A stretch of DNA of 64,000 bases from Succinimonas sp. (GCF_045124755.1 NZ_JBGVMK010000082.1), one strand, 5' to 3'. Positions 1-10,821 are shown, counted from the stretch's first letter. Translations and numbers: made by a program. The notes: generated by a model not told the origin, from the letters alone.

Positions 1-953
1 AACCGATGGCATTAAAGATGGAGGCAGTGATAACCACACCCAGAATACCGCTGAAAACCACTCTCCAGGAAGCAATTCCCATGCGGATGAGCACCATGCC
101 GCCGATAAGAATAGCCAGAGTGGAGCCCTCGCCGATACAGCCGGGGATATTGCCCAGGAAAGCATCAAGCCAGGTTACGCCGGGATCGCCCAGCTGACCG
201 GGAGTGCTGCCGTTGGCCAGGGCATAAAGCGGAGTTGCTCCGGAGAAACCGTCTACCGGCACCCATACCTTGTCGCCGGTGATTTCGCCGGGATAGGCAA
301 AGAACAGGAAAGCGCGGCCGACCAGAGCCGGGTTCATGAAGTTTCTGCCGGTGCCGCCGAACACTTCCTTGCCGATAAGCACGCCGAAGGAAATGCCCAG
401 AGCAGCCTGCCACAGCGGAATGGTGGGCGGAACAATCAGAGAGAACAGAATGGAGGTAGCAAAGAAGCCTTCGTTAACCTCATGTCCTCTGATGATGCAG
501 AACAATACCTCCCAGAAGGCGCCTACCGCAAAAACCACCGCATAGATAGGCAGGAAGTATACCGCTCCTATGAGCATCTTGCTGTAAAGTCCGGCGTCCT
601 CGGTAAGGGTTCCCCCCAGAAGCTGAACCAGAGCATAATGCCAGTTGGCGCTGAAAAGGCTGTAGCTCTGATGAGCCATGGTCACACCGTCAGCCACCTG
701 TCCGAAAGCGGCAATGGTCTGAGCGCCGATGTTGTACCAGCCCCAGAACATGCACGGGAAAACAGCCAGGAAAACCATTATCATGATGCGCTTCAGGTCA
801 ACGCTGTCGCGAACATGAGTGGTGGTATTGTGGGTAACCACGCCCGGAGTGTAGAAGAAAGTGGAGGTGCCCTCGTAGAGAGGATAAAGCTTCTCAAGCT
901 TTCCGCCCTTTTCAAACAGCGGAGCCACCTTATTTAAAAGACTTAAAATCACC
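1..953 (-). CDS. nqrB: Na+-translocating NADH-quinone reductase subunit B, 3'-truncated by the window edge
   Basis: Not in the ORF track because it is truncated. My minus-strand translation from GTG at 953-951 gives [76 protein letters not shown]..., which closely resembles Vibrio NqrB. A strong AAGGAGG Shine-Dalgarno overlaps the nqrA stop. Confidence 0.9.
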
Positions 954-955
954 TT

Positions 956-2302
956 TTACCCCTCCTTCTCAATCTTATCAAGACATTTACGGAGCAAACG
1001 GCCATACTCAGTCTTGCCGGGATCCACATAAGTACAGAGAGCCAGATCCTCTTCGGCCAGCTCCATAGCACCCAAAAGCACTGCGGCATCAGTGTCGCCG
1101 ATTTCAATGGAGCGCAGAAGCTGCGTGGCAATAATATCCAGAGGCATTACCCTCTCGTAATTGCTGATAGGCACCATGGCCCGGGATCCGCCATTTACCG
1201 CAGTATTGATGTCATACTGTCTCGGCTTGAAGAAGCTGCTCAGATAGGCTCTGGTAACTGAATGCTTCCGGGCTCCGGGCATCAGCCATCCCAGGAATTC
1301 TCTCTTGTTGCCTTCCGGAATAACGCTGACCTGAAGATGGAAGCGCCCCAGATAATCAAAAGGCCCCTTGGCTTCGTTGCCGTTAAGAATGGAACCGGCG
1401 ATCACGCGGAAATTGTCTCCGATGAACTCATTGGCGCACAGCTCAGAAACGCAGGCTCCCATGATGGTTCTTACCAGACGGGGATAGCGCACGCAAGGGC
1501 CGGCAACGCTGATAATTCTCTCATTGTAAATGTCGCCGGTGCGGAACAGCCGTCCGATGGCGATAACATCCTGATATCCGAGATGCCACATGACGTGATG
1601 CTCGGATGCCGGACGAATGAAATGAATATGAGTGCCGGGAAGTCCTGCAGGATGCTTGCCCACAAATACCTCTTCCTTGACCCTGGCAGCGCTGCATACC
1701 GGCAGGGAGGTCTCCCCCTTGCAGACATACACATTGCCGTCAGTGAGAGTGGTAAGAACCTCCAGACCGTCCTTAAAATCCTTCTCATGTGAAGAAATCA
1801 CAATAGCGGGATCGCAGGCCAGCGGATTGGTATCAATGGCAGTTACAAAAATATGCTCGGGAACAGAGGCAACAGCGGGAGTCTTGTTGTAGGGACGGGT
1901 GCGGAAAGCAGTCCAAAGACCGGACTCCACGAGTTCATTCTGAACAACTACCCGGGAAAGAGCGGTTAAATCCTGATTAGGATATGCCTCAAATTTCTTG
2001 CTGCCTGTAACAGACTGATCCAGTTCGATAACGAGGGACTGAAATACTCTTTTGTCTCCGCGGTTAATGGCTGCCACCTTGCCGGATACGGGAGATGTGT
2101 ACTTGACGCCAGGATTTTTCTTATCGGTAAAAAGAACCTGACCCTTTTCAACTACATCACCTTCCTCAACCAGCATTGAAGGTCTCAGTCCCGGAAAATC
2201 GCTTCCAACAAGGGCCACATGCTTTACAGGCTGCCCCACATTGATGGTCATTTCCGGTTTACCGCTGACAGGAATATCCAAGCCTTTCTTGATATTTATC
2301 AT
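956..2302 (-). CDS. nqrA: Na+-translocating NADH-quinone reductase subunit A
   Basis: ORF 956..2398. The NqrA-like N-terminus MINIKKGLDIPVSGKPE begins at the internal Met (start 2302). It sits immediately upstream of nqrB on the same strand. Confidence 0.9.
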   Translation of the reverse strand: MINIKKGLDIPVSGKPEMTINVGQPVKHVALVGSDFPGLRPSMLVEEGDVVEKGQVLFTDKKNPGVKYTSPVSGKVAAINRGDKRVFQSLVIELDQSVTGSKKFEAYPNQDLTALSRVVVQNELVESGLWTAFRTRPYNKTPAVASVPEHIFVTAIDTNPLACDPAIVISSHEKDFKDGLEVLTTLTDGNVYVCKGETSLPVCSAARVKEEVFVGKHPAGLPGTHIHFIRPASEHHVMWHLGYQDVIAIGRLFRTGDIYNERIISVAGPCVRYPRLVRTIMGACVSELCANEFIGDNFRVIAGSILNGNEAKGPFDYLGRFHLQVSVIPEGNKREFLGWLMPGARKHSVTRAYLSSFFKPRQYDINTAVNGGSRAMVPISNYERVMPLDIIATQLLRSIEIGDTDAAVLLGAMELAEEDLALCTYVDPGKTEYGRLLRKCLDKIEKEG

Positions 2303-2774
2303 GGTTTTTCCAGAGATTAAAAATGCATGAGAAAGCAAAATGCCTTGATTCAAGGCACTACTATGAATCCCGCAAAACAGGCACGACAAAATCCGCATGC
2401 CAGGCTCGCGGTGTTAGGGAAAGTTTAGCATAAAGTGAGAGTTTTTGTTAGAAAGGGATATGTAACATGAGTAACAATCCTGAAAGATAGTGGCCGTAAA
2501 TGAGCGTTTTCAGGAAGATGCTGCAGCGAGGCCAAAGACTGCCCTTGCAAAAACAAAGAGACGCTTTTTCATTTGTTTCGCCGTCCTCCGGAAAACCGGG
2601 GAAACAAGCGGAAAAGAACGAGAATCGGCAATCCCGCAGACGGAAAAATCTTGTGCCGGAACAGATAATCCGAATATTGTTCTTGCCAAACTTCGTTTTA
2701 AAATTATATCTTATAAACGACTCTCTTCTATCAAGGCTGTAAAACCGCCATTCTAAAGACACGGAGAAAGTAAG

Positions 2775-4001
2775 ATGAGAATCCCTGCGCCTGAGAAAGA
2801 TTGCTTTAAGAAGCTTCCTTTGGGAAATTCCTCTTTCTCTGCTATCAGAAAAGCCGGACAGATATATGCGGACAAAACCGCCATGATAGCGGATCTGGCA
2901 GACAACGAGGATGCTCCGGTATTTCTGATGAGACCCCGCGGCTTCGGCAAGTCTCTTCTGGTTTCAGCCCTTGAGTCTTTGTTTTCCAAAGGACTCGCAG
3001 ACTTTAAAGGCCTTGAAATTGCCACCGGGGAAAACAGATGGAGAGATACCGCTTACAGGGTGGTACGCTTTGATCTTTCGGCCGTGGCAAATTCTTCCCC
3101 GGCATCTTTCAAAACGTATCTTAACAATAAGATGATAAGCGAGATTTACGGCAATAACCATTATCTTATTACTTCCGGCCAAAACGAAACCGGACAGCCG
3201 GGAGTTATTCTGTCGAATATCTGTGATGACCAGGCCATCCCGGACAAAAGCATAGTATTTCTTGTTGATGACTACGATGCCCCGATAACCGGCCACCTCG
3301 GAAAATCTCAGGAGCTCAGTGAGATTTCTGATATCCTGTATTCCTTTTTTGCCGGGATTAAATTCGCCGAACGAATTTTACGTTTTGTTTTTATAGCCGG
3401 CATTACCAGAACAGGCCGGGAAGACCTGTTTTCATCACGCTGCAATGCATATGACATTTCTGCTGACGATGACTTTGGCATGCTGCTGGGGATAACCGAA
3501 GACGAACTCCGCAGGTACTTTGATCCCTGGATTAAAAATGCGGCAGCGGTTCTCGGCATGAGCATCCCCGATGTCTATGCGAAGATGAAGAGCGTCTATG
3601 GCGGCTTTCAGTTTTCCATAGGGAATGAGGAGACTGTATATAATCCCAGATCCGTAATTTCTTTTCTCAGTAACCCCGAAAACGGCTTCCGGAATTACTG
3701 GCGCTCCGTAAGCGGCAACACTCCTGACGTTCTTCTGAAATATCTGCAAAAGGCTGACAATCGGGAGAGCCTAATCAGGCTCAGCGATTCCGTGAAGGAT
3801 GAGAAAAACCGGGATAATATAGTTGCCTTTGATGAAATCATGGCAAAGGCCGAGCCCGGACAGATTCCTATGAAGATACTGCTCCTTGAGACCGGATACT
3901 TTACGCTAAAAAGCATTAATTTCCCTTACGGCAGAATTGCAGTGCCGAACGAAGAGGTTTCCGAATCCCTGAGCCGTCTTTCCCTGAAAGCGCAATCTTA
4001 A
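2775..4001 (+). CDS. AAA-ATPase-like domain protein (PF09820-type) that appears to lack the usual C-terminal PD-(D/E)XK (PDDEXK_9) domain
   Basis: The N-terminus reads KLPLGNSSFSAIRKAGQIYADKT...FLMRPRGFGKSLLVSALESLF, typical of predicted AAA-ATPase proteins. At 408 aa it ends just after the ...LLLETGYFTL...VPNEEV segment. Confidence 0.7.
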   Translation: MRIPAPEKDCFKKLPLGNSSFSAIRKAGQIYADKTAMIADLADNEDAPVFLMRPRGFGKSLLVSALESLFSKGLADFKGLEIATGENRWRDTAYRVVRFDLSAVANSSPASFKTYLNNKMISEIYGNNHYLITSGQNETGQPGVILSNICDDQAIPDKSIVFLVDDYDAPITGHLGKSQELSEISDILYSFFAGIKFAERILRFVFIAGITRTGREDLFSSRCNAYDISADDDFGMLLGITEDELRRYFDPWIKNAAAVLGMSIPDVYAKMKSVYGGFQFSIGNEETVYNPRSVISFLSNPENGFRNYWRSVSGNTPDVLLKYLQKADNRESLIRLSDSVKDEKNRDNIVAFDEIMAKAEPGQIPMKILLLETGYFTLKSINFPYGRIAVPNEEVSESLSRLSLKAQS

Positions 4002-4074
4002 ATCCGAGCCCGTTCGGGTAATAAGTTTCTTATGAGCACGGGGCCGCCCTCCCCTGCTGCTCCCTGCTTCCCTG

Positions 4075-5436
4075 TTATTCCCCGCTGTTCTCTTTGCTGT
4101 GGAACGGGGCAATGTATATCAGCATCACCATTCCCGGTATTGCCAGGGCATAGCAGATAATAAAAAAGTTTTCCCAGCCGGCCCACTTAATGGCGTATCC
4201 GGTAAAGGCCACGCAAACGGTTCTGGGTATGGCCGAAAGAGCGGTAAAAAGAGCCAGCTGCGTGGCCACATAGGCGCGATTTGTTTCCCGGCACATATAA
4301 GCCACAAAGCAGGCCGTACCCAGCCCGGCTCCCAAAGCCTCGGCCCCCACCACCAAAGACAGCAGAAAGACACTGGGGAAGGCAAATTCCACGCTTCCGG
4401 AGTAAATTCCCTGAGTGCCAAGCCAGTTCAAAATGCCCGGAATGAAATCAGGATGCTTCCAGACGTGAGCAATAAGGACATATCCCAAAATGGTAACTAT
4501 CTGTCCGATGCCAAACAGCCACAGGGCCTTGTTTATCCCGATTTTGAGCATCAGAATGCCGCCGACGATACCGCCGAGAACCATGCTCCAGAGTCCGACA
4601 ACCTTGTTTACCATGCCGATCTGGGTCTTAGTATAGCCCATGTCGATATAGAATGGTGTGGCCTGAGCCGTAGCCATGTTATCCCCGAATTTATAAAGGA
4701 AGATAAAGGCAATGACCCCCAAGGCTCCTAAAACGCCCTTTCTTCTGACAAACTCCGCAAAGGGCTGCACCACAGATTCCAGAAGCGTTCTGGGGAGATG
4801 TTCCGTAGCCGGCTCCCGCACAACCAGGGAAGCGATGATACCCGGGAGCATAAATAAAGCGGTCAGAGGAAAAACCAGCACCCAGGGGAGCGAATCACTG
4901 AGAATGAGGGAAAGTCCCCCGGGGATCATCCCGGCAATTCTGTAGGCATTGATAAACATTGAGTTACCAAGGCCCAGCTCGTTGTCAGGAAGAATTTCCC
5001 GGCGGTAGGCATCCAAAGCCACATCCTGAGTTGCCGATGCCACAGCTATCAAGGTGCAGATAACAAGAACAACGGAGTATGACTTTACCGGATCAAAGAA
5101 ACCCAAAAGGGATATCAGAACGAGGAGAATGATCTGCGTAAGCAGCATCCAGCTCCGCCGCCGGCCTCTTCTCAGAATGTCATAGCGGTCAAGAAGAGGA
5201 GCCCAGAGAAATTTCCAGACGTAGGGCACCCCGGCCACAGCGCTGAAGATCCCGATATCCTCGAGATCCACAGAACTGGAACGCAGCCAGGCGCTGATAA
5301 GATTTATAAGAAGATAAAGCGGAAGTCCGGAACTGAATCCCAGAACAATGCATATCAGCATTCTCCGGGAAAAAATCTTTCCGATTACGGAGGATTCGGA
5401 AAACCATCCGCTTTCTTTGGCTGATTTATCTGGCAT
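4075..5436 (-). CDS. ampG: Muropeptide MFS transporter AmpG
   Basis: Multi-TM protein with the AmpG signature region GFSSGLPLYLL...WLR...YVWKFLWAPLLDRY. Confidence 0.85.
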   Translation of the reverse strand: MPDKSAKESGWFSESSVIGKIFSRRMLICIVLGFSSGLPLYLLINLISAWLRSSSVDLEDIGIFSAVAGVPYVWKFLWAPLLDRYDILRRGRRRSWMLLTQIILLVLISLLGFFDPVKSYSVVLVICTLIAVASATQDVALDAYRREILPDNELGLGNSMFINAYRIAGMIPGGLSLILSDSLPWVLVFPLTALFMLPGIIASLVVREPATEHLPRTLLESVVQPFAEFVRRKGVLGALGVIAFIFLYKFGDNMATAQATPFYIDMGYTKTQIGMVNKVVGLWSMVLGGIVGGILMLKIGINKALWLFGIGQIVTILGYVLIAHVWKHPDFIPGILNWLGTQGIYSGSVEFAFPSVFLLSLVVGAEALGAGLGTACFVAYMCRETNRAYVATQLALFTALSAIPRTVCVAFTGYAIKWAGWENFFIICYALAIPGMVMLIYIAPFHSKENSGE

Positions 5437-5482
5437 CTTTCAGAAAACTTGTCTTAACCGGCAACATAATGCAAAAACAGCA

Positions 5483-5971
5483 TCAGTCTCTGAAATTAAC
5501 AAACTGGAACGGCTGCCCCAATTCAGCTTTTCTGACTTCGGCAATCACCAGCTGAAGGTCATCCTTTTTCTTTCCGGTAACTCTGATCACCTGGTCCATA
5601 ATCTGCGTGGTTACCTTGAATTTGCCGTCCTTGATCATCTTGACGATCTTTTTAGCCATATCCTTGTCAATGCCGTCCTTGAGCTTGACATCCTGGCTCC
5701 AGCGCTTGCCGGACTGCTCCGGAGTCTCAAAGGTCAGGGATGCGGTATCAATATTTCTTTTAGCGGCCTTGTTTCTGAGAATATCGTCCATCTGCTGGAT
5801 CTGAAAATCTCCGTCAGCCTCCAGGCGGATCTTCTTGTCCTTTTCCACCAAGGCAAAGGAGGCATCAACATTTCTGAAATCAAAACGTCCCATAAGCTCG
5901 CGGTTAGCGTTATCAACCGCATTCTGAACCTCATGCATGGGAACTTCTGAAACAATATCAAATGATGGCAT
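5483..5971 (-). CDS. yajQ: YajQ family cyclic-di-GMP-binding protein (UPF0234)
   Basis: [10 protein letters not shown]...[13 protein letters not shown]...RFDFRN is the canonical YajQ N-terminus. Length is 162 aa. Confidence 0.9.
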   Translation of the reverse strand: MPSFDIVSEVPMHEVQNAVDNANRELMGRFDFRNVDASFALVEKDKKIRLEADGDFQIQQMDDILRNKAAKRNIDTASLTFETPEQSGKRWSQDVKLKDGIDKDMAKKIVKMIKDGKFKVTTQIMDQVIRVTGKKKDDLQLVIAEVRKAELGQPFQFVNFRD

Positions 5972-6076
5972 ATCATCACTCCATTAAAAATAATCACAAT
6001 CACTGCGGCCTGGCAGGGAAACAATTTTTCGGAGGGCAGACCTCATATCCTGAAAAGCCCTGTCTCAGCCGGAATC

Positions 6077-8014
6077 CTATGAAACCTTCCGGCTGCTTCT
6101 GCTCCGGAAAATATTCCTGCCGGGATCTCCCATAAGATTTTTATCAAGGCTCTCGGCAAGATCGGCAACCGAACTCCCGTCCATGCCGTACTGGCGGTAG
6201 ATGGATTCCGGGCTGTCCTGCTCCACAAACTCGTCAGGAATGCCCAGACAGCGAATTACCGGATGCCGGCCTTTTTCCATAATAAAGGCGGCCACCGCTT
6301 CTCCGATGCCTCCGGAAATCACTCCGTCCTCCAGGGTAATAATCACCCGGTGGGTGTCTGCCATGTTGAGAACCAGATCCTTGTCAAACGGCTTTATAAA
6401 ACGCATGTTGACTACCGTGTAGGAAAGCTCTCTCTTAGCGAATTCGGCGGAGGTTTCCTGCACCAGAGGCCCCCAGCCCAGAACGCACACTTCATGCCCC
6501 TGCCGCAGAATCTCCGCCCGTCCTATGGGGATAAGAGACTTGTCATCAGGGGAAAAGCCTTCGGAAATACCGCAGCCCCGGGGGTATCTTACTGCTGCAG
6601 GGTGTCCCAGACTGTAAGCGGTATTCAGCATCAGCCAGAAGTCCCGAAGGGTGGAAGGGGCCATAAAGGTAATGTTAGGGACGGCTTTCATGTAGCTGAT
6701 ATCAAACATGCCCTGATGGGTGGGCCCGTCTGCCCCCACAATCCCCGCGCGATCGATGGCAATCACTATGGGCAGATCCTGAATAGCCACATCATGAATT
6801 ATCTGGTCATACGCCCGCTGCAGGAAGGTTGAATAAACGCAAACCACGGGACGAAGACCGCCGGCCGCAAGTCCGCTGGCCAGAAGCACCGCATGCTGCT
6901 CCGCAATGGCCACATCAAAGTACTGTCCCGGAAAACTGCTGGCGAATTCCGTCATGCCGGATCCTTCGCACATGGCCGGCGTTACCGCCCGGAGAGCCTT
7001 ATCGGATGCGGCCGTTTTCATGAGCCAGTCTCCAAACACATGACTGTAACGGCGGCATACCACGGAATCGCTGTCCTCGGAAATGCCCACCGGAGGATCA
7101 AAACGGGGCACCCCGTGATATTTGGTGGGATCCTCCTCCGCCGGCTGATAGCCCTTGCCTTTTTTGGTTACCACGTGAAGTATCTGAGGGCCCTTAAGAT
7201 CCTTCATATTTTTAAGCACCGGAATCAGGGCGGAGATGTCATGACCGTCAATGGGGCCGACATAATTGAACCCCAGCTCCTCAAACAGGGTGCCGGGAAC
7301 CACCATGCCCTTAAGATGCTCCTGAGCCTTGATGGCAAGATCCTTCACCAAAGGCAAATTCTCGAGAACGCTCTTCCCGCTGGAGAGGAGCCGGGAATAA
7401 ATGGGACTGGAAAGCCACATGGCGAGATGCTTGGCCAGACTGCCCACGCTCTCGGAAATGCTCATCTCATTGTCATTGAGTACCAGAAGCATATCCGCTC
7501 CCAGATCTCCGGCATGATTCATAGCCTCAAAGGAAACGCCGCCGGTAAGAGCACCGTCGCCGATAACCGCGCAGACCTTTTTGCCGTTATTTAAAGACTT
7601 GTTGGCCAGAGCGAGCCCCAGAGCTTCGCTTATTGAAGTGCTGGCATGACCGGTGGAAAAGGTGTCATAGGGACTTTCCTGACGCCACAAGAAAGGATGG
7701 AGACCGTTCTTCTGCCGAATGCTGGACATCTGATCCCGTCTTCCGGTCAAAATCTTGTGAGGATATGCCTGATGCCCTACATCCCAGATAATCTGATCAA
7801 AGGGGGTGTTATACACATAATGGAGAGCAATGGTAAGCTCCACCACCCCGAGACCGGAGGCCAGGTGCCCGCTGGTGCGGCTCACGGTGTTAATAAGAAA
7901 CTCCCGAAGCTCCTTTGCCAGAACGGGAAGCTTTTCCAAAGGGAGCTTACGGAGATCCTCCGGCGTATCAACCTGAGAAAGGAGAGAACCCTGTTTTTTA
8001 CCTGAAGCTGCCAT
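6077..8014 (-). CDS. dxs: 1-deoxy-D-xylulose-5-phosphate synthase
   Basis: Near-identical blocks to E. coli Dxs (SGHLASGLGVVELTIALHYVYNTPFDQIIWDVGHQAYPHKILTGRRD; GDGALTGG). The start is chosen at the internal Met (8014), just downstream of the ispA stop. Confidence 0.95.
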   Translation of the reverse strand: MAASGKKQGSLLSQVDTPEDLRKLPLEKLPVLAKELREFLINTVSRTSGHLASGLGVVELTIALHYVYNTPFDQIIWDVGHQAYPHKILTGRRDQMSSIRQKNGLHPFLWRQESPYDTFSTGHASTSISEALGLALANKSLNNGKKVCAVIGDGALTGGVSFEAMNHAGDLGADMLLVLNDNEMSISESVGSLAKHLAMWLSSPIYSRLLSSGKSVLENLPLVKDLAIKAQEHLKGMVVPGTLFEELGFNYVGPIDGHDISALIPVLKNMKDLKGPQILHVVTKKGKGYQPAEEDPTKYHGVPRFDPPVGISEDSDSVVCRRYSHVFGDWLMKTAASDKALRAVTPAMCEGSGMTEFASSFPGQYFDVAIAEQHAVLLASGLAAGGLRPVVCVYSTFLQRAYDQIIHDVAIQDLPIVIAIDRAGIVGADGPTHQGMFDISYMKAVPNITFMAPSTLRDFWLMLNTAYSLGHPAAVRYPRGCGISEGFSPDDKSLIPIGRAEILRQGHEVCVLGWGPLVQETSAEFAKRELSYTVVNMRFIKPFDKDLVLNMADTHRVIITLEDGVISGGIGEAVAAFIMEKGRHPVIRCLGIPDEFVEQDSPESIYRQYGMDGSSVADLAESLDKNLMGDPGRNIFRSRSSRKVS

Positions 8015-8018
8015 GTGC

Positions 8019-8912
8019 TCAGTGATCCCTTTCAACAATGTAACGGGCAAACTGCTTCAAAAGATCCGTATTGCCGGGAACGTCATCCAAAGCTGCCACC
8101 GCCTTATCAGCCAAATCGGAAGCATACTTTTTGGCATTATCAAGCCCCATTAGTCTGGGATAGGTGCTCTTGTCTTCCTCGATATCCGAGCCCTGGGGTT
8201 TTCCGAGAGTTTCCGTATCGGAAATAATGTCCAGAACGTCATCCCACACCTGAAATGCCAGGCCGATAGCCCGGGAATATGCGACCAGAGCACTGCGAAC
8301 CTTGTCTGAAACCTCCGGAACGCAGAGAGTGCCCAGAAGCACCGCGCTTTCAATCAGGGCTCCTGTTTTGTGGCGATGCAGCTTTTCCAGCTCTTCCTGA
8401 CTGATAAGCCGGCCTTCCGAATCCAAATCGATTTCCTGACCGCCGCACATGCCCTGATAACCGGCGCCGCGGCTCAGAACAGCCAGCATTTCCACCTGAT
8501 TCCGGAGGAGCTCATTCGGCATTCTGGCATGCGACAAAATTTCAAAGGCCTGAGACTGCAAGGCATCACCGGCAAGAATAGCCTGAGCCTCCCCAAACTT
8601 CACATGCACCGTAGGATGGCCCCGGCGGAGTTCATCATTGTCCATGGCCGGGAGATCGTCGTGAATAAGAGAGTAGGCATGAATGCACTCAATAGCGGCA
8701 GCCGGAGCATCGGCCACCTTCAGATCGCCCCCCAGAAGTTCCGCAGTGGTATAAACCAGGAAGGGCCGCACCCGCTTTCCGCCCAGGAGCACACCGTACG
8801 TCATGGCTTCACGCAAAACCGGCGATACCTCAGGCAGATTCTTCATATAGTCACTGAGAAAGCTGTTAACGCGGCTCTGACAGGAAAACAGAGCATCCTT
8901 AAGTGTCATCAT
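8019..8912 (-). CDS. ispA: (2E,6E)-farnesyl diphosphate synthase
   Basis: Polyprenyl synthase motifs LIHDDLPAMDNDELRRG and FQVWDDVLD. It lies in the xseB-ispA-dxs operon order. Confidence 0.9.
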   Translation of the reverse strand: MMTLKDALFSCQSRVNSFLSDYMKNLPEVSPVLREAMTYGVLLGGKRVRPFLVYTTAELLGGDLKVADAPAAAIECIHAYSLIHDDLPAMDNDELRRGHPTVHVKFGEAQAILAGDALQSQAFEILSHARMPNELLRNQVEMLAVLSRGAGYQGMCGGQEIDLDSEGRLISQEELEKLHRHKTGALIESAVLLGTLCVPEVSDKVRSALVAYSRAIGLAFQVWDDVLDIISDTETLGKPQGSDIEEDKSTYPRLMGLDNAKKYASDLADKAVAALDDVPGNTDLLKQFARYIVERDH

Positions 8913-8962
8913 TGTTTCTCTACCCTTATACTCTTGTTCTTTTTCTTCTTATTGTTATTCAA

Positions 8963-9208
8963 TCAGTGTTCCTGACTGTAATCGGATACCGGCGCTTCAG
9001 TAAGCGAGGCATTTACATCCTGTCTGGAAAGCTGTTCCACGCGTCCCTCGGCATTTTTAAGAATACTGTGGCATTTTCTGATCAGGGCGGTACCCTCTTC
9101 AAATGAAGCAAGCTGCTTATCCAGCGGCAGCTTTTTGCTTTCCATCTCGGTTACAATGCTTTCAATCTGCGCCAGAAGCTCTTCAAAGCTTTTTTCTTCA
9201 TTATCCAT
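8963..9208 (-). CDS. xseB: Exodeoxyribonuclease VII small subunit
   Basis: 81 aa with FEELLAQIESIVTEMES..LPLD..L..FEEG..L...C. It occupies the first position of the xseB-ispA-dxs operon. Confidence 0.85.
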   Translation of the reverse strand: MDNEEKSFEELLAQIESIVTEMESKKLPLDKQLASFEEGTALIRKCHSILKNAEGRVEQLSRQDVNASLTEAPVSDYSQEH

Positions 9209-9636
9209 AATACATATCCCTGCCGGTTCAGAAAGAACAGCATGCCTGATGCCGGATCGTGTTCATCAAAAAAATTCGGGGGGGAGCGCAATTAGAACTC
9301 CATGCTCTTCACGAATAGAAGATTATATCACGATGGCGTATGATATCTGAAATTAGCTGTTAAGACTCGGGATTATAAACAGGACTGTGCACAAAAACAC
9401 CTTTAAGACTATGAGATCTGTGAGATAAGACACCGACAGGATTTGGAGCGCGGAAGTCAGAAAAACTGCTTAGCCCCTCCATAAACAGATGACGGGGAAC
9501 AGATTACGGAAACGCTGACTTAAGCTGACACAACTTACAGGGAATGAAATGACCCCGCAGCCATTTACACATAGGAATCATCCCTGAAAAGGCACATAGA
9601 CTGAAACCTGGTAACCAAAAAGCAGAGGAGCCGCCA

Positions 9637-10599
9637 ATGAATGTTGCAATCATCGGAGCCGGAAGCATCGGACAGCTGCTATTTCATGACCTCAGACTTT
9701 CAGATGACATTAATCCGGTTTTTATCGATACCCGGCTGCCACCCGATGCTCCGGGAATTTCATACGTTTTTGAATACTGCAAGGAAGCTGAGCCTTCTGA
9801 AACCGCTTCTGAAGCCAGTTCTGAAATCCATTCTGAAAAAACTGCTGTCAAAGAATCATATCAGGGCATGGTACTTCCGCAAGAAAAAGCTGCAGATCAG
9901 GATCTCATCGTCATAACTGTTAAAGCGAATCAGTGCAGTCAGGTCTTGCAGAGTCTCAAGGGAAATCTTCCTGAACACATTCCTGTGGTTCTCCTCATGA
10001 ACGGCATGGGAATCTGGGAAGAAGCCCGGACAATACTGCCTAATCCCTTCTGGACAGGGGTTACCAGCCGGGGAGCGGTTCACGAGGGCCGCACTGTATA
10101 TCCCCGGGGTAACGGAGCTACTTATATCGGTTCTCCTGAGCACCAAAAGCCGATACCGGAAATAGAGTTATTAGCAAGAAGCATAGGAGCCGTCATATCT
10201 CCCCGCATAGAAGAAGAACAGATCCAAAAACTGCTGGTGAATGCCTGCATCAATCCTCTCACCGCTCTCCATCAATGCAAAAACCGGGAAATTGCTGCAG
10301 CCTACCAAAAAGAGGCACTAGAGATTTTTTCAGAAATTTACCCGGTACTTAAGACTCTGGGGCTTACCGTTTCCGCTGACATTGCCTTTGATTTGATTAT
10401 TACAGTAGCGGAAAAAACCGGGGAGAACTATTCCTCCATGGCAGTGGACTTCAAAAAGAAACGGCCCTCTGAACTAGAGTATATTCTGGGATATATCCTG
10501 AAAAACGGTGAGAGACTCCATAAGTCCCTTCCCATAACAGAAAACCTCTATGCTCTTCTGAAAAACCAGGAGACCGCCTTTTCCGGAATCACCCCATAA
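9637..10599 (+). CDS. panE: 2-dehydropantoate 2-reductase (ketopantoate reductase) family
   Basis: Rossmann motif MNVAIIGAGSIGQ, and later NACINPLTAL and ...NYSSM..D....R.SE.EYI.G blocks as in PanE/ApbA. It neighbours yajL as in E. coli. Confidence 0.8.
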   Translation: MNVAIIGAGSIGQLLFHDLRLSDDINPVFIDTRLPPDAPGISYVFEYCKEAEPSETASEASSEIHSEKTAVKESYQGMVLPQEKAADQDLIVITVKANQCSQVLQSLKGNLPEHIPVVLLMNGMGIWEEARTILPNPFWTGVTSRGAVHEGRTVYPRGNGATYIGSPEHQKPIPEIELLARSIGAVISPRIEEEQIQKLLVNACINPLTALHQCKNREIAAAYQKEALEIFSEIYPVLKTLGLTVSADIAFDLIITVAEKTGENYSSMAVDFKKKRPSELEYILGYILKNGERLHKSLPITENLYALLKNQETAFSGITP

Positions 10600-10821
10600 T
10601 CAGTCCGTAATCCCTCAAAGAGCTCCCGAAAGCAAAAGACGGCTGAACAGCTTCAGAAATCTCTATTTGAGAGTTCCTCTGTCAGTTGCTTTCTCTGTCT
10701 TTCCCTGCCTTTTATCACATTACGGAGACCGGAAATGCTCCCGGGGAATTCATCATCCTGCAAAATGAGTACAATCTGAACAGATCATCGGTGCATCTTA
10801 AATCAAAGAAGGAAACCATAT

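Noticed and set aside
6-937. Plus-strand ORFs 6..197, 336..545 and 482..937.
   Set aside because: They lie antisense to a clear NqrB reading frame and have no family resemblance.
1262-2151. ORFs overlapping nqrA on both strands (1262..1792, 1471..1788, 1632..1892, 1966..2151).
   Set aside because: They are shadow ORFs of nqrA.
2399-2774. Small overlapping ORFs (2448..2762, 2490..2756, 2500..2742, 2753..3025) in the nqrA upstream region.
   Set aside because: They are mutually overlapping and basic/low-complexity with no motifs. This is most likely the nqr promoter/leader region.
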